NCBI GenBank assembly: GCA_965112155.1
Contig: OZ218111.1
Direction: 5' to 3' (one strand)
Length of the DNA: 64,000 nt
From: Podarcis liolepis
Lineage: Eukaryota
The notes below the pieces were generated by a model that was given only the letters and a program-made list of their open reading frames with translations, ran no database searches and was not told where the DNA came from. The position numbers were made by a program, and so were the translations under genes. Below are positions 10,768 to 23,483 of the stretch, in pieces (position 1 is the first letter of the stretch; each line of letters opens with the position of its first letter).

Positions 10768-12813
10768 GGGTAGGCCCTTGCGTCCCCCACTGGTGGTGGA
10801 GGCGGGCAGAGGGCAAGGCTCACAGCGGTGGCAGCACCCCAGCCTGAGGAGGTGCACACACATGTCCCACTGCTGCTCTGCAGCTTTGTCCAGCAGCAGT
10901 GCTGCAAGGAGGCATAATAATTTCCTTGCCCTGGGCTCTGGCAACCCATGCTACACCACCGATATGGCTTGACAGGGCCGTCTTAGGACATTTTGCCGCC
11001 TGAGGCAAAATGGACAGATTGCCACTGAAGGGTGCTGAAAGTCGTTAGGACCCTCACGGAGCTCCCATTCCCAGAGCTCCCTGGGGGGAGGAAAGCGACT
11101 GGGAAACCACTCTGAGAACTGTAGCAGCATGGAATAGAGGCCTCCCAGCAACTCACAGCTCTTGAGCTATAGTTCCCAGGGTTCTTTAGGGGAAGCCATG
11201 ACAGTTTCCATTGGTACGGTGCTGCTTTAAACCAGCGGTTCTCAACCTGTGGGTCCCCAGATGTTGTTGGACTACAACTCCCATCATCCCTGAGCTCTGG
11301 CCTTGCTAGCTAGGGGTGATGGGAGTTGTAGTTCAACAACATCTGGGGACCCACAGGTCGAGAAAGGATGAAATATACAGTACAGAGGGGCATTGTATTG
11401 GCATGTTAACCCTTTCTCCCCTTTGGTGTTACCTTTGTTGGGGGCGGGCACCCATGCAAGTGGTGGGCGGGGCCAGAGGCAAATAATGGGTGGAGCAACA
11501 GATGTAACTTTTGCCTCTGCTACATTCCAGCCTCACAACACTCAGAGGCATCTTCAAGCCTCTATCCAGGCAGGCAAGGATCTTCCCAGTTCAAGGACAA
11601 CATCCCAGCCAGTTTAATGGACTTGAGGAGTGTCCATTGCAGGGGCAATGAGGGGGTTAGCCCAGGTTTGCCAAGCCAAGCTCACGGGCAGCACCAATGG
11701 TTTTGCAGGCACCTTTGCTGGTCTGCAGAGAGGGAAAGGTTCCTTTGCAAACATGACTTGCATCCACTTCAAAGGGGTTTCATATAAACCCCAACTAGCC
11801 AATAGGCACCCCTTTGTAATTGTCCCCTGCGTCAATGTGGTGGTGGTGGGGAGAATGGTCAGGATCTGGCCCACGGGCCAAATAACTGAAGTGACAGCCA
11901 GCGTGGTTTTCTATCTGATCCGGATCCAGAGAACTCCGTTTCCTGGTTACATGTTCACGACAACGCTCAATACAAATCAGTGTGCTTAAATATATATATC
12001 ATGATGCTGATAGCTGCATATGGAAGGGAGATCTGAACCTCATTCGTTTATGGTTTAAACTGCTTTTGCTGACATTTTAAATGGCTCCTCTCTTCATATT
12101 CTGGAGAGATACCAAGAAATGTGATAATATAACTCAAGTTTAAAGGGAAAGGTGAGGGAGCTGAGGGCCGGCTAGCGAGGAGGTTGGGAGGGTTAACAGA
12201 GAGCAACCCTCCCCCAAAAAGGCAATGAAAGCAGGTGCTCAGGCAAGAAGTCCCTTCTGGGTCCTGACTTGCATTATCCTACCAGCACCACCATCTGCTG
12301 CAGCTGCTTAGGATGTGCTTTAGCAGCACTCGGTCTTCCCGTCTGTGAAATGGGAGCAACAGAGGTCTACCTTGTAGATCTGGTTGGTGCAGGTGCTTAA
12401 GATATGGGGCTTAATTGCAGTTACTAAATGAATAAATGGCAAGCACCGTGCTAAAACTATGTCCCTTTCAGCTGAGGGAGCAGATACTGAGCAACTAACA
12501 GTGCCGGCCTGAGGGTAAGGTAAGTTTTTCACGCCATCTGAAACTGCTAGTCAAGCGCAACTCATATAAGCTAGCTGGGTAGCAAAAGTAGAGAGAAAAC
12601 AGAAATCCTTTTGGCCTTGAATAGATAGAAACATCTGGCAGATGTATAAGATCAGATCCAAGCTGTTGTTGTTTTTTTACTTCAATCTGAGTTTAATCTT
12701 GTCTCTCTCGACCTGGCACCCTCTGGACTACAACTCCCATAAAGCCCAGCCACCATGTCGTCTGTGCCAGGGCCACAGCTCAGAGCATCTGCTTTGCATG
12801 AAGGTCTCAGGCC

Positions 12814-13154
12814 CATAGCTGTCAAGTGTCCCTTATTTGGTGGGACAGTCCCTTATCCCAGAGCCATGTCCCACTGCTGTCCCTTATTGATGATGTCCCT
12901 TAAATAAGCTGCTGAAGGTAATGGGGCCCTTTCTATGTCCAGCTGTCCTTTGTCAACAACAAATTGTTGCTGTTTTTTTGTGCTGAATATATGCTATATG
13001 GTAATTTATGGACCTGATAGGTATCTAAAGCCATTTGCATGCAACAAAATATGTATTTTATCAAAGTAATTGTTGATCCCTTATTTTGGCTGCTGATCCC
13101 TTATTTTCGAGGCTGCTGGTCCCTTATTTTCAAATCTGTAAGTTGACAGCTATG
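12814..13154. mobile_element. hAT-type MITE, family B (TIR CATAGCTGTCAA), with a captured internal fragment
   Basis: TIRs CATAGCTGTCAA and TTGACAGCTATG; 8-bp TSD CTCAGGCC / CTCAGGCT. Confidence 0.85.
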
Positions 13155-13217
13155 CTCAGGCTCCATCCACACTCTCTGCATAATACTCATTCTGCATTTG
13201 CAAGAAATCACACTTTG

Positions 13218-13658
13218 AGTACCAACTGTGGTAGAATGTCAGATGAAGATGGATTTTTCGGAGCTAGCCGACCTGACCAGAAGAGTCCGTGACCAGAAGG
13301 AGAAGTATCAGGATGAATGGACGAAATTGACTATTTACTTAAATACGCTAAATTAAATTAATTGGAAAAAGCTTGCAATTACCAGATAGGCTTAGGATTT
13401 AAATATGTAATGTGATGAATTAATATGTTTAATGCTGAATCAGTAAGAAAGATGTTAAGTGATTAAGTTAAGTTTATAAGAATTTTGATTTGGAAAACTG
13501 TTAAAATGATTTGCACTGAAATTCAACTAGAGGGCTACGAGGAAATCACTTAATGTTAATAAGATTAGTTTTAATAAGGTTATGATTTATGTTTGTTTGT
13601 TTGTTTGTTTGTGTGTCTATAATTTTGTTAAAATCAATTTAAAAAATTGAAGGAAAAA
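13218..13658 (+). mobile_element. 5'-truncated L1-like retrotransposon 3' end
   Basis: Degraded ORF2-like C-terminus, AT-rich 3' UTR and A-rich tail, with a 16-bp TSD AAGAAATCACACTTTG at 13202-13217 and 13659-13674. Confidence 0.7.
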
Positions 13659-14789
13659 AAGAAATCACACTTTGGAACTCCCTGCCTATTGACGGCAGGC
13701 AGGCACCTTCACCGCACTCTTGGCACCTGATGAAAGCTTTTTCATTCAGGCAAACATGACTTCCCGCTGGAGAATCCTGGGAACCGTAGTTTCACCACAC
13801 CAAAGCTACATGTCCCCAGAAACCTTAACAAACTACAGGTCCCAGAATTCTTTGGGAGAAAGCCACACACTTTTTAAGGATGTGTGAAATGCATGGTGCG
13901 GATCTGAACTACAAAATACCCTTGCCGAATGTGTTGGGAGGAGACGGGGTTTTGCAGAAATGGGTGCCCCAGCCCCATCTTATGGGTAGGTTAGGAATGA
14001 GTGAAACTGCGCAAGCAGCCTTGGGGGGGGGGGTTCATTGCATTTTCATGGCTGGTGTTCATGTCAGATTAGAGGCATCACATAGCGGAGAGTGCTCAGT
14101 GCTAAACATGCGTTAGACAGAAGGTCGCAGGTTCAATCCAGGGATTGTCCCCATTCTACAACCCTGGAACGCTACAGCCGGCCAGTGTAGACAATACTGA
14201 CCTCAATCTGACTCTCTATAAGGCAGCCTTTTATACCGAATCACGAGGAATGGGATTCTGTAGAATCATAGAGTTGGAAGGGAATCCTGTCCACAGCCAT
14301 CCCAGGGTGGGCTTGAACCACCAACCTCATTGCACCACGAGGCTTCTTACTTTGTATCTAGGGATAGGGCTGGCAGCCCAGTCGATGTGGAGCGCCGCTG
14401 CCAGTCCGTGTCGACAATACTGAGCTAGATGGACCGACAATCTTACCCTTTCTTTGTTCCACTGTGGTTTGGCGGGAGCACCTAGCAGTCCCTTCTACCT
14501 GGGCGAGTTTTGAACCTGCTCTGCCAAAGGGGAAAGGGGAAGGTAGATAAAAGCAACCGCTTGGATCGTCATAGAGGCATGCCAATATGTACAAGACCCT
14601 CTGCCCAACAGGCGTTGCAAACTACAACTCCCATCACACACACCCCAGCCAACACACCTGTTGTTGGGAGTCATAGTACAAAACCTGGAGGGCGGTAGAA
14701 CTCTGATATAGGATCATACCCCCGCCCCCAGACCTTTCCAACATGCAACTTCTTCCCCACTGCACAGCTGGATCAAACCGTAAAATGCC

Positions 14790-14796
14790 ACTTACT
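14790..14796 (-). other. DEXI: Candidate DEXI exon 1 splice donor in the 3' UTR
   Basis: Minus strand reads CTGAA|GTAAGT, 313 nt past the stop codon, where GC-rich exon-like sequence gives way to repeats. Confidence 0.5.
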
Positions 14797-14999
14797 TCAG
14801 TGCCCCGAAGGGACCCTGTCCGTCCGTGCCAACTCTGGCTCCCTCTTCCTGCCTCGTCGCTGTCTTGGCTGCCTTTAGCATGGCACCCCCAAAAGTCGGT
14901 GGCCCTCTCCCCAGTCTTTCCAGCTCAAGCAGAAAACCCACGACGGGGGCAGGCGGGGCAGAGGGCTTCCTGGCACCTGCCCAGCTGGGCTGTCCCTGT

Positions 15000-16120
<1,121 letters not shown>

Positions 16121-16374
16121 ACAGAAGGGTAGAATTGAAAAGGACCCCGAGAGTCATGTAGTCCAGCCCTCTGCAATGCAGGTATCTTTTGCCCAACCGG
16201 GGACTCGAACCCAGGACCTGCCGATTGAGCAATCCCGGATCAATTGTACGCTTTGTCCCATTGCGCTCGCTGGGACTGACTTCCACGTCAATGTGTCTGA
16301 TTGCTGGTTCCTCGCTTCCCTTGGCAGGACCTGAATTTGTTTACTTAAATCATTTATGGATTGCTTTCCGATGA

Positions 16375-16797
16375 TAGTGCCAGATTTATGTATAAGCTAA
16401 ACAAGCTAGAAGCTATACCCTCTTGCCCCCCCCAAAAACCAACTGGATGTACATTTCCAAAATATAAGATAAAAAACAAATAAAATAAAACCTACATACA
16501 ACAACAGTGTTTTGTGTTGCATAGGCTCCTGTGATGTAAGTAATGGGCCCTGCCTGCTCCCTCAAATATCACTGGTTTGCTCCATTCTATATATAGGGTG
16601 CCTACATTCTGCATGGACGGGTTGCATGGCAATATGTGCAAATGGCTTTAGAAACCTATTAGGTCCATAAATTACCATATAGCATATATTCAACACAAAA
16701 AAACAGGGACAATTTGTTGTTGACAAAGAACAGCTAGACATATAAAGGGCCCCATTACCTTCAGTAGCTTAGGGCTTCATCAAACCTAAAACTGGCA
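16375..16797 (+). mobile_element. hAT-type MITE, family A
   Basis: Near-identical to the 9710 copy without the SINE. Confidence 0.8.
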
Positions 16798-17260
16798 GCC
16801 ATGGTGGGGGGGGGATGGATAATTTTTTTTTATTCATTTCCCTCCCCAAAAAAACGAGGTGCGTCCTATGGGCCGGTGCGCCCTATAGGACGAAAAATAT
16901 GGTATATATATAGTCCCCCTCAAGAATCCTGTGAACTGTAGTTTATCCCTCACGTAGCTGCAAGGCCCAGGACCCTTCACAAACCACAGGGCCCAGGATT
17001 TTATTTTAATTTTTTGTGTGGGGATACAGTGTGCTTTAAATGTATTGTGTGTGCATATCAACCATCTTTTGCAAACCACTTGGAGGGTTTCTTAAAATCA
17101 AACGGTATATAAGTTTTGTTAAATCAATCAATAAACCCTTCCTGATTTAAAGGTCCTGGAGCAAGGTCGGGGAAACGAAAAGTGTCATTTCATCCCATTT
17201 CTTTAAAAAGAAACTGTAATGGCTAATATGTGTCATTTTGCACACACACCTTCTGCTGTA

Positions 17261-17523
17261 CAGTGGTACCTCGGGTTACATACGCTTCAGGTTACATACG
17301 CTTCAGGTCAGGTTACATACGCTTCAGGTTGCAGACCTTTCTTACCCAGAAATAGTGCTTCAGGTTAAGAACTTTGCTTCAGGATGAGAACAGAAATTGT
17401 GCTCTGGCGGCGCGGCAGCAGCAGGAGGCCCCATTAGCTAAAGTGGTACCTTAGGTTAAGAACAGTTTCAGGTTAAGTATGGACCTGCAGAACGAATTAA
17501 GTACTTAACCTGAGGTACCACTG
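17261..17523. mobile_element. Tc1/mariner-superfamily MITE
   Basis: TIR CAGTGGTACCTC, TA TSD, internal TTCAGGTTACA repeats. Confidence 0.88.
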
Positions 17524-17934
17524 TAGAAGGAAGTGAGGGGCAGATGGGGCTTGTCGACCTGGGAAGGCAACCCATCTAGAAGAAGGACAACTCTGATCCT
17601 ATATCTCTGTTGTCTTGCGGGACATCTTCAGGAGAAGAAAAGGCTCAGGAGCAAACGCTACACAAATCCGGTGGGGTCCCTAAGACAGTTGGATGTCGCC
17701 TTGTGCGCCTCCTTCCAGCAACTCCTGCAGCCAAGCTGGCGCCAAACGTCTTGTTTTCCTTTCCTGTCGACGGAGAGGGGAGTCTTGTCGTCTGGGCGGC
17801 CCAGATCCTCCATGCACACTCTGCCCAGGGCATGTACCCCAGGGAGACCACTACTAATGCAACAGTTTGACTTCACCCCCAGGTGCTCAAGAGACAGATG
17901 CCAACCCCTCAAGGTGGTGCCCAAATAAAGAATA

Positions 17935-18175
17935 CAGTGCTACCTTGGGTTACAGACGCTTCAGGTTACATATGCTTCAGGTTACAGACTCCACTATCCA
18001 GAAATAGTACCTTGGGTTAAGGACTTTGCTTCAGGATAAGAACAGAAATCATGCAGTGGCGGCGCAGCGGCAGCAGGAGGCCCCATTAGCGAAAGTGGTG
18101 CTTCAGGTTAAGAACAGTTTCAGGTTAAGAACAGACCTCCAGAACGAATTAAGTACTTAACCTGAGGTACCACTG
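17935..18175. mobile_element. Tc1/mariner-superfamily MITE, same family and orientation as 17261
   Basis: TIRs and TA TSD; high identity to 17261-17523. Confidence 0.88.
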
Positions 18176-18187
18176 TAATTGCAAATA

Positions 18188-18445
18188 CAGTGGTGCCCCG
18201 CAAGACGAATGCCTCATAAGACAAAAAACTCGCTAGACGAAAGGGTTTTGCGGTTTTTGAGCTGCTTCGCAAGACTTGACTTCGAGGAGCAACTCATAGA
18301 ACGCGGTGTGGTAGCCTTTTTGAGGTTTTTGGTGATTTTTGAAGCTTTTCCAAAACTTTTCCGACACCGTGCTTCGCAAGACGAAAAATTCGCTAGGCGA
18401 AAAAACTCGCGAAACGAATTAATTTCGTATTGCGAGGCACCACTG
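18188..18445. mobile_element. Tc1/mariner-superfamily MITE (TIR CAGTGGTGCC.CGCAA.ACGAA)
   Basis: TIRs with TA TSD; a related partial copy lies at about 23333-23470. Confidence 0.85.
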
Positions 18446-18544
18446 TAAAATAATAACAAAAACCACCCTGCTAACAATTGATTACGAACTGGCATTTATG
18501 TCATAGAGTCATGGAGCTGAAAGGGACCCCAGGGTCATCTGGTC

Positions 18545-18679
18545 CAGGCATAGGCAAACTCGGCCCTCCACATGTTTTGGGACTACAACTCCCATCATTC
18601 CTAGTTAACAGGACCAGTGGTCAGGGATGATGGGAATTGTAGTCCCAAAACATCTGGAGGCCGAGTTTGCCTATGCCTG
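18545..18679. mobile_element. Short palindromic hAT MITE upstream of the CLEC16A promoter
   Basis: CAGGCATAGGCAAACTCGGCC ... GGCCGAGTTTGCCTATGCCTG; TSD ATCTGGTC / ATCTAGTC. Confidence 0.88.
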
Positions 18680-18879
18680 ATCTAGTCCTTGCTATGCAGG
18701 AATCTTTTGCCCAACGATTAAGCGTCTCCCTCCAAATCACAGCAAATAAGGTTATTCTTGCACTACTAATTGCGAATCATTCCAAACAAAACCACTGCAA
18801 GCGCTTTCCGAATTAATTCCGAATTATTTCCAAAGAACTACACCGCTAACAATTCATTTCCTATGGGGGAAGAACCCTC

Positions 18880-19620
18880 CTCCGCCCCTCCCTCACCTGC
18901 CTTAAAGGCCCCGCCCCTCGCGTAGGTCACAAAGACCCGCCCCCTGCCCTGCGCCGGGGACGCAACCTTCCTCGCACTTCCGGGTTCCCACCTCCCACCT
19001 CCACGCGGGGCACGCTGGGACTCGCAGTCCTCTGGCTCGCCTTCTACGTATGCCTTGGCGAGAGTAGCTGCGGGCCGAGGAAAACTACTTTTCCCGGCGT
19101 GCCCCGCGCCGCGGCTCCGCTGCCGGGTCTGTGCCGTCGCCTCCGCCGGGGCGGAATGTCCGAGGGTGCGCGCGCGGGCGTGGGGGCGGGGAGGGCGCTG
19201 GGTCTCCTTCCGCCTGAGAGGAAGAGGAGGAGGAGAAAGAGGATGGCGGCGGCCGAGAAGGAGGATGAGGCGGCGGCGGCGGCAGCCGAGGCCGTGAGGC
19301 GGTAGAGAGCGAGCTGAGAGCGAGAGAGAGTCTCCGAGCGCGGCCCTCCCTCCGTCCGTTTTTCTCCCCTCAGGATGTTCGGGCGGTCGCGCAGCTGGGG
19401 AGGCGGCGGGCACGGCAAGGCCTCGCGGAACATCCACTCGCTCGACCACCTCAAGTGAGTGTTCAGGGCTGGAGGAGGCTGTGAGGGACTCATATGCCGG
19501 AGGGGGGAGGGGCCTCGAGGCAGGTGGGCTCAGGTGGACGCCCCTCCCCCGCTCGCCTCCCAACTGCCTCTGGGGCTCCTGTCACGCGGGACCCACTATA
19601 CGCCCCCTCCCCAAAAGGTC
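18880..19620 (+). promoter_or_regulatory. CLEC16A: CpG island and CLEC16A promoter plus exon 1
   Basis: Very CpG-rich. It has several CCCGCCCC GC boxes (18880-18945), an ETS/GABPA-type ACTTCCGG at about 18976, two ZNF143-type motifs (19004-19028 minus, 19084-19108 plus) and a YY1-like GATGGCGGC at 19242. Confidence 0.85.
19375..19454 (+). CDS. CLEC16A: CLEC16A coding exon 1
   Basis: MFGRSRSWGGGGHGKASRNIHSLDHL(K); donor AA|gtgagt. Confidence 0.96.
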
Positions 19621-19676
19621 CTCGCTTATACGAACGCCAAGAGTTAGTCCCATAATTCAGGTGTCTGGACTGCGTG

Positions 19677-20007
19677 CAGGGCCGGATTTAGGTTTGATGA
19701 GGCCCTAAAGGACTGAAGGTAATGGGGCCCTTTTTATGTCCAGCTGTCCTTTGTCAACAACAAATGGCCGCTGGTTTTTGTGTTGAATATTTGCCCTATG
19801 GTAATACAAGGACCTAATAGGTATCTAAAGCCATTTGCACATAACAAATAGGAGCCTACACAACACTGTTGCTGTCTGTAGGTTTTATTCTATTTGTTTT
19901 TTAACTTATAGTTTGGAAATGTACATCCAGTTTTTTCCCCCTTTAAATTTTTTTGGGGCCCTAAGCTATAGCTTGTTTAGCTTATACTGTATGTAAATCC
20001 AGCACTG
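19677..20007 (-). mobile_element. hAT-type MITE, family A, with 8-bp TSD
   Basis: TIRs CAGGGCCGGATTTA and TAAATCCAGCACTG; TSD ACTGCGTG / ACTGTGTG. Confidence 0.88.
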
Positions 20008-21214
20008 ACTGTGTGCACAAGCAAGGTTCCTGCAATGCGAGGGGTAAAGTGGGCTAGATTGAAATTGAAATACTTTATTGTCACTTGTACACAGTGAGAT
20101 TACACAGATTATACAGTGAGATGACCCGGGAGGGTCCCCTTTCCACTCCAGGATTCTGCGATTCCATGAGCAGCCTTATAAGTGAACCTTGCTGTTTTGT
20201 GTTTGCATTTCTGACAGCAGGTTGACCAGGGAAGGAGATCAGACAAGTGGGGGGGGGGAGCGTTTTTTTCCACTTGCCTGCTTTTCTTCTTCTTCTTCTG
20301 AAGTTTCCCTGGGTTCCACACACCCTGATCCTTTTGAAGTCAAGGTTGTGTTGGTTGGGAACTTGTTGGAAATTTCCACATAGGAATCAGTTATGCGAAC
20401 GCTCACCTAAGGAGCAATTCTCTGACAGCACATTGTTTTCAGACGGCAGGACCTGTGTCCGTGTTTATATATTTGTTTGTTTATTGCATTTAATATCCCG
20501 TTTCTCCCAACTACCTCAAGGTGGTTATGTGGTGAACGGCCCCCAAAGTCGCATCCAGTGCTCTTGTATCTATATATAACATATCTTTCCGTATAAATAT
20601 TTTTGTGTGAGAGAGAGAGGCTTTAAGAGAGAGAGAGAGGACACTTGAGGAAGTAATGAGGGAGAGTAATGTGCAATGCATATGTAGTTACCTTTTGTTA
20701 GTATTTGTAGCCAGTGACCATTAACAATAGCAACACAAATTCTTACATGTAAAAGCACCAGTGGTCCAATAAGGCAAAGATAAACCTCTAGAATACAAAT
20801 AGGATTTAAAGCATTCATTTGGCTTCTACGGATACAAAATTAGATATAAAAGATTTTTAAAGTGGCAGATAATGAATCCATTCAGATAGCACGTACATAA
20901 ATATGTGTCAGTGCTAGTATATCCTGTATGTGTTATGTTTAATATAGGCAAATATATATTGCTTTATTCCCACCTTTTTCTCCAAGGAGCTGAAGGTGGA
21001 GTACATAGAGTCTTTTCTCCTCTCTTCATTTTATCCTCACAACAACAAGCTTGTGAGGTAGGTTAGGCTGGGCTTGAGCGTCATGACTGAGTGGGTGAGC
21101 TCTAGCTACTACTATCCATGGGTGTAGAAGAGGCCTGCTGAAGGAAAAAGTTGTATTGGGGGCTCCTTTTTTTAGCTTGGGGGAAAGTGAGTAAGGAATG
21201 GCTAGATGATGATG

Positions 21215-21460
21215 GTGTATAAATCATGCATGGCATGGAGATAGTGGATAGAGAACAGTTTTTCTTGATCTCTAGTCACATTATAACTTGTGGAAATCCA
21301 GTGGAGCTGAATGATGGAAGATTCAAGGCAGATAAACAAAGGACTTCTTCACATAGCACATAGTTTAACTATGGAACCCATTTCCACAGGAGGCAGTGGC
21401 AGTCACCAACTTGGAACGCTTTGAAAGGGGATTAACCAAATTCATGGAGGACAAGATGAT
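21215..21460 (+). mobile_element. CR1 LINE ORF2 3' remnant
   Basis: Typical CR1 3' coding-end sequence (ttcttcacatagcacatagtttaactatggaac...ggattaaccaaattcatggagg). Confidence 0.7.
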
Positions 21461-22165
21461 CAATCTGTCTGCCCTAATGCACATTGTAGATTCCTAAGTG
21501 CCTCATTTAATTCCCCCTTGTGCATGAGGTTTCTCCTCCAACAATGGCTGTCCCGTGATTTCTGCTCCCTAAATCTGGAGATTGCTCTATGTTTTGTTAA
21601 TCCAAATAGAAGAGCTGCATCAACTGCATAGAGAATCTCCAGATTTTGGGAGGAGAAAGTATGGGACAGCCATTGTTGGAGGAGAAAGCCTCATGGATGG
21701 GGTGGGTGGAAATTAAAGGAGGCACAATCTACATTAAACCAAGGTATGGACGAGTCCTTAATGCCACTTGCTGGGAAGATAGAGAGAGTGCTGTTGTGTT
21801 CAGGTTCTTCCTGCTATCTTCCCAGGGGCATCTGGATGGCCACTGTGAGAGCAGAGTTCTGAACTAGATCCACTTTTGACCTGATCCAGCGGGCTCTTCT
21901 TATGTTCTTATGGGTGGATGGAGTGACTGGAGTGACATGATTTGTATTAAGTTTATGAGGTGCCTGATTAAAAATCAAATTCTCTTGATGATGTACACAG
22001 TAAAGGAGGCCAAATTAAAAGGAAACCATGCAACAGCTCAATAAAACCATAAATCAATAAAACCAACCCAGCAATAGGCAAGATCCAGCCATAAAGTTCA
22101 TCATAGCCAGTTGCAAATTAAACGCCAGCCGCCAATTCAGCCAGTTACAGCACAGGTTGCCAGTA

Positions 22166-22391
22166 CAGTGGTACCTCGGGTTAAAAACTTAATTTGTTCT
22201 GGAGGTCTGTTCTTAATCTGAAACTGTTCTTAACATGAGTTACCACTTTAGCTAATGGGGCCTCCCGCTGCTGCCACGCCGCCACCACACAATTTCTGTT
22301 CTCATCCTGGAGCAAAGTTCTTAACCCGAGGTACTATTTCTGGGTTAGCAGAGTCTGTAACATGAAGCGTCTGTAACCTGAGGTACCACGG
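22166..22391. mobile_element. Tc1/mariner-superfamily MITE
   Basis: Reverse orientation of the 17261 family; TA flanks. Confidence 0.85.
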
Positions 22392-22899
22392 TATTCTGCA
22401 GAGGCAAAAATAATATGAATGATGTGCCCATCAGGTAAATGATCCGTCTCGTCCAGCACCCTGTTCTCACAGTGGCCTGTGGGAAACCCACAAGTAGAAC
22501 CTGAAAAATATTTCAGATCCTTTTCTAAGTAACATTTTGCTTTCCTCATATTTATTTACCTATTTAATTTATAGAGCTGTCACATAACAGAAGTACTCTA
22601 GGAAGCCAGTGATGTGGTGTTAGAGTAGCACTTGGGAGCTCAAGGCTCAAATCCTTACCCAGTCATGACCTGAGTGACCTTGGAGTCAGTCGCAGCCTAC
22701 CTCACAGGGTCGTCGTAGGGATTAACTGAGGAGGGGGATGAAAGGAAAAGGTGGGATCTAAATGCAAAAAATAAGCTCTTCTGTTTAGCTGCTTTAGAAA
22801 GCTGGAAGGCCAGCCAGATGGAGAGGTCAGTCACCAACCTGGCGTCCAGAGATCTCCACAGGGTCACAATTGGACCTGTGTCAGTCGCAAAACGTGTCT

Positions 22900-23170
22900 A
22901 ATATGGAGAGGTGCACCACCTCTGATACTGGAGGGATTAGACTCAGCGGTTCTGAAGGGAAGATATGGAGGAGTCCCATATGACCAGAGATTATGCCACT
23001 GTGCATTGGGTGAGGTAGAATCCACAGAGCACATTTTACTGAGCTGTCCCATCTACAACGATTTAAGACAGTATCTTATAACTCCATACTTACCCCAGCT
23101 CAGTTCCCGACAAAGAGGAAAGCAGACAGCATATCTGCTAAATAAGTCTTCTGGGAAAACAACTGTATGT
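22900..23170 (+). mobile_element. Non-LTR retrotransposon C-terminal zinc-binding remnant (RTE-X-like)
   Basis: Translates to GRYGGVPYDQRLCHCALGEVESTEHILLSCPIYNDLRQYLI, with a CxC...HxxxxC motif. Confidence 0.6.
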
Positions 23171-23483
23171 GGATTTCCAGGTTTGGTCCAGTGGGGATAA
23201 GGAGATTGGTGCCTTGTGTATGTGGTGTGGTCCGGTGTGCACTCAGGAGGAAAAGATATATCCAAGATTTGACCATCTGTGATCATGAGGGTTCTGTTTT
23301 GCATGGGTTGTATGTAGTGTTCAGCATAGAATATAGTGGTACCTCACAAGACGAATGCCTCGCAAGACGAAAAACGCGCAAGACGAAAGAGTTTTCTTTT
23401 TTTTTGAGTCGTTCCGCAAGACGAATTTCCCTATGGGCTTGCTTCGCAAGACGAAATATCTTGCGAGTTCTTGTATTTGTGTA

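Noticed and set aside
17270-17335. Short direct repeats (TTCAGGTTACATACGC) resembling an array
   Set aside because: These are subterminal repeats of a MITE with no unique spacers. The DNA is eukaryotic and there is no CRISPR.
18838-19563. 241-aa and 149-aa minus-strand ORFs over the CLEC16A promoter
   Set aside because: These are Arg/Pro/Gly/Ala-rich translations typical of CpG islands, with no coding signature.
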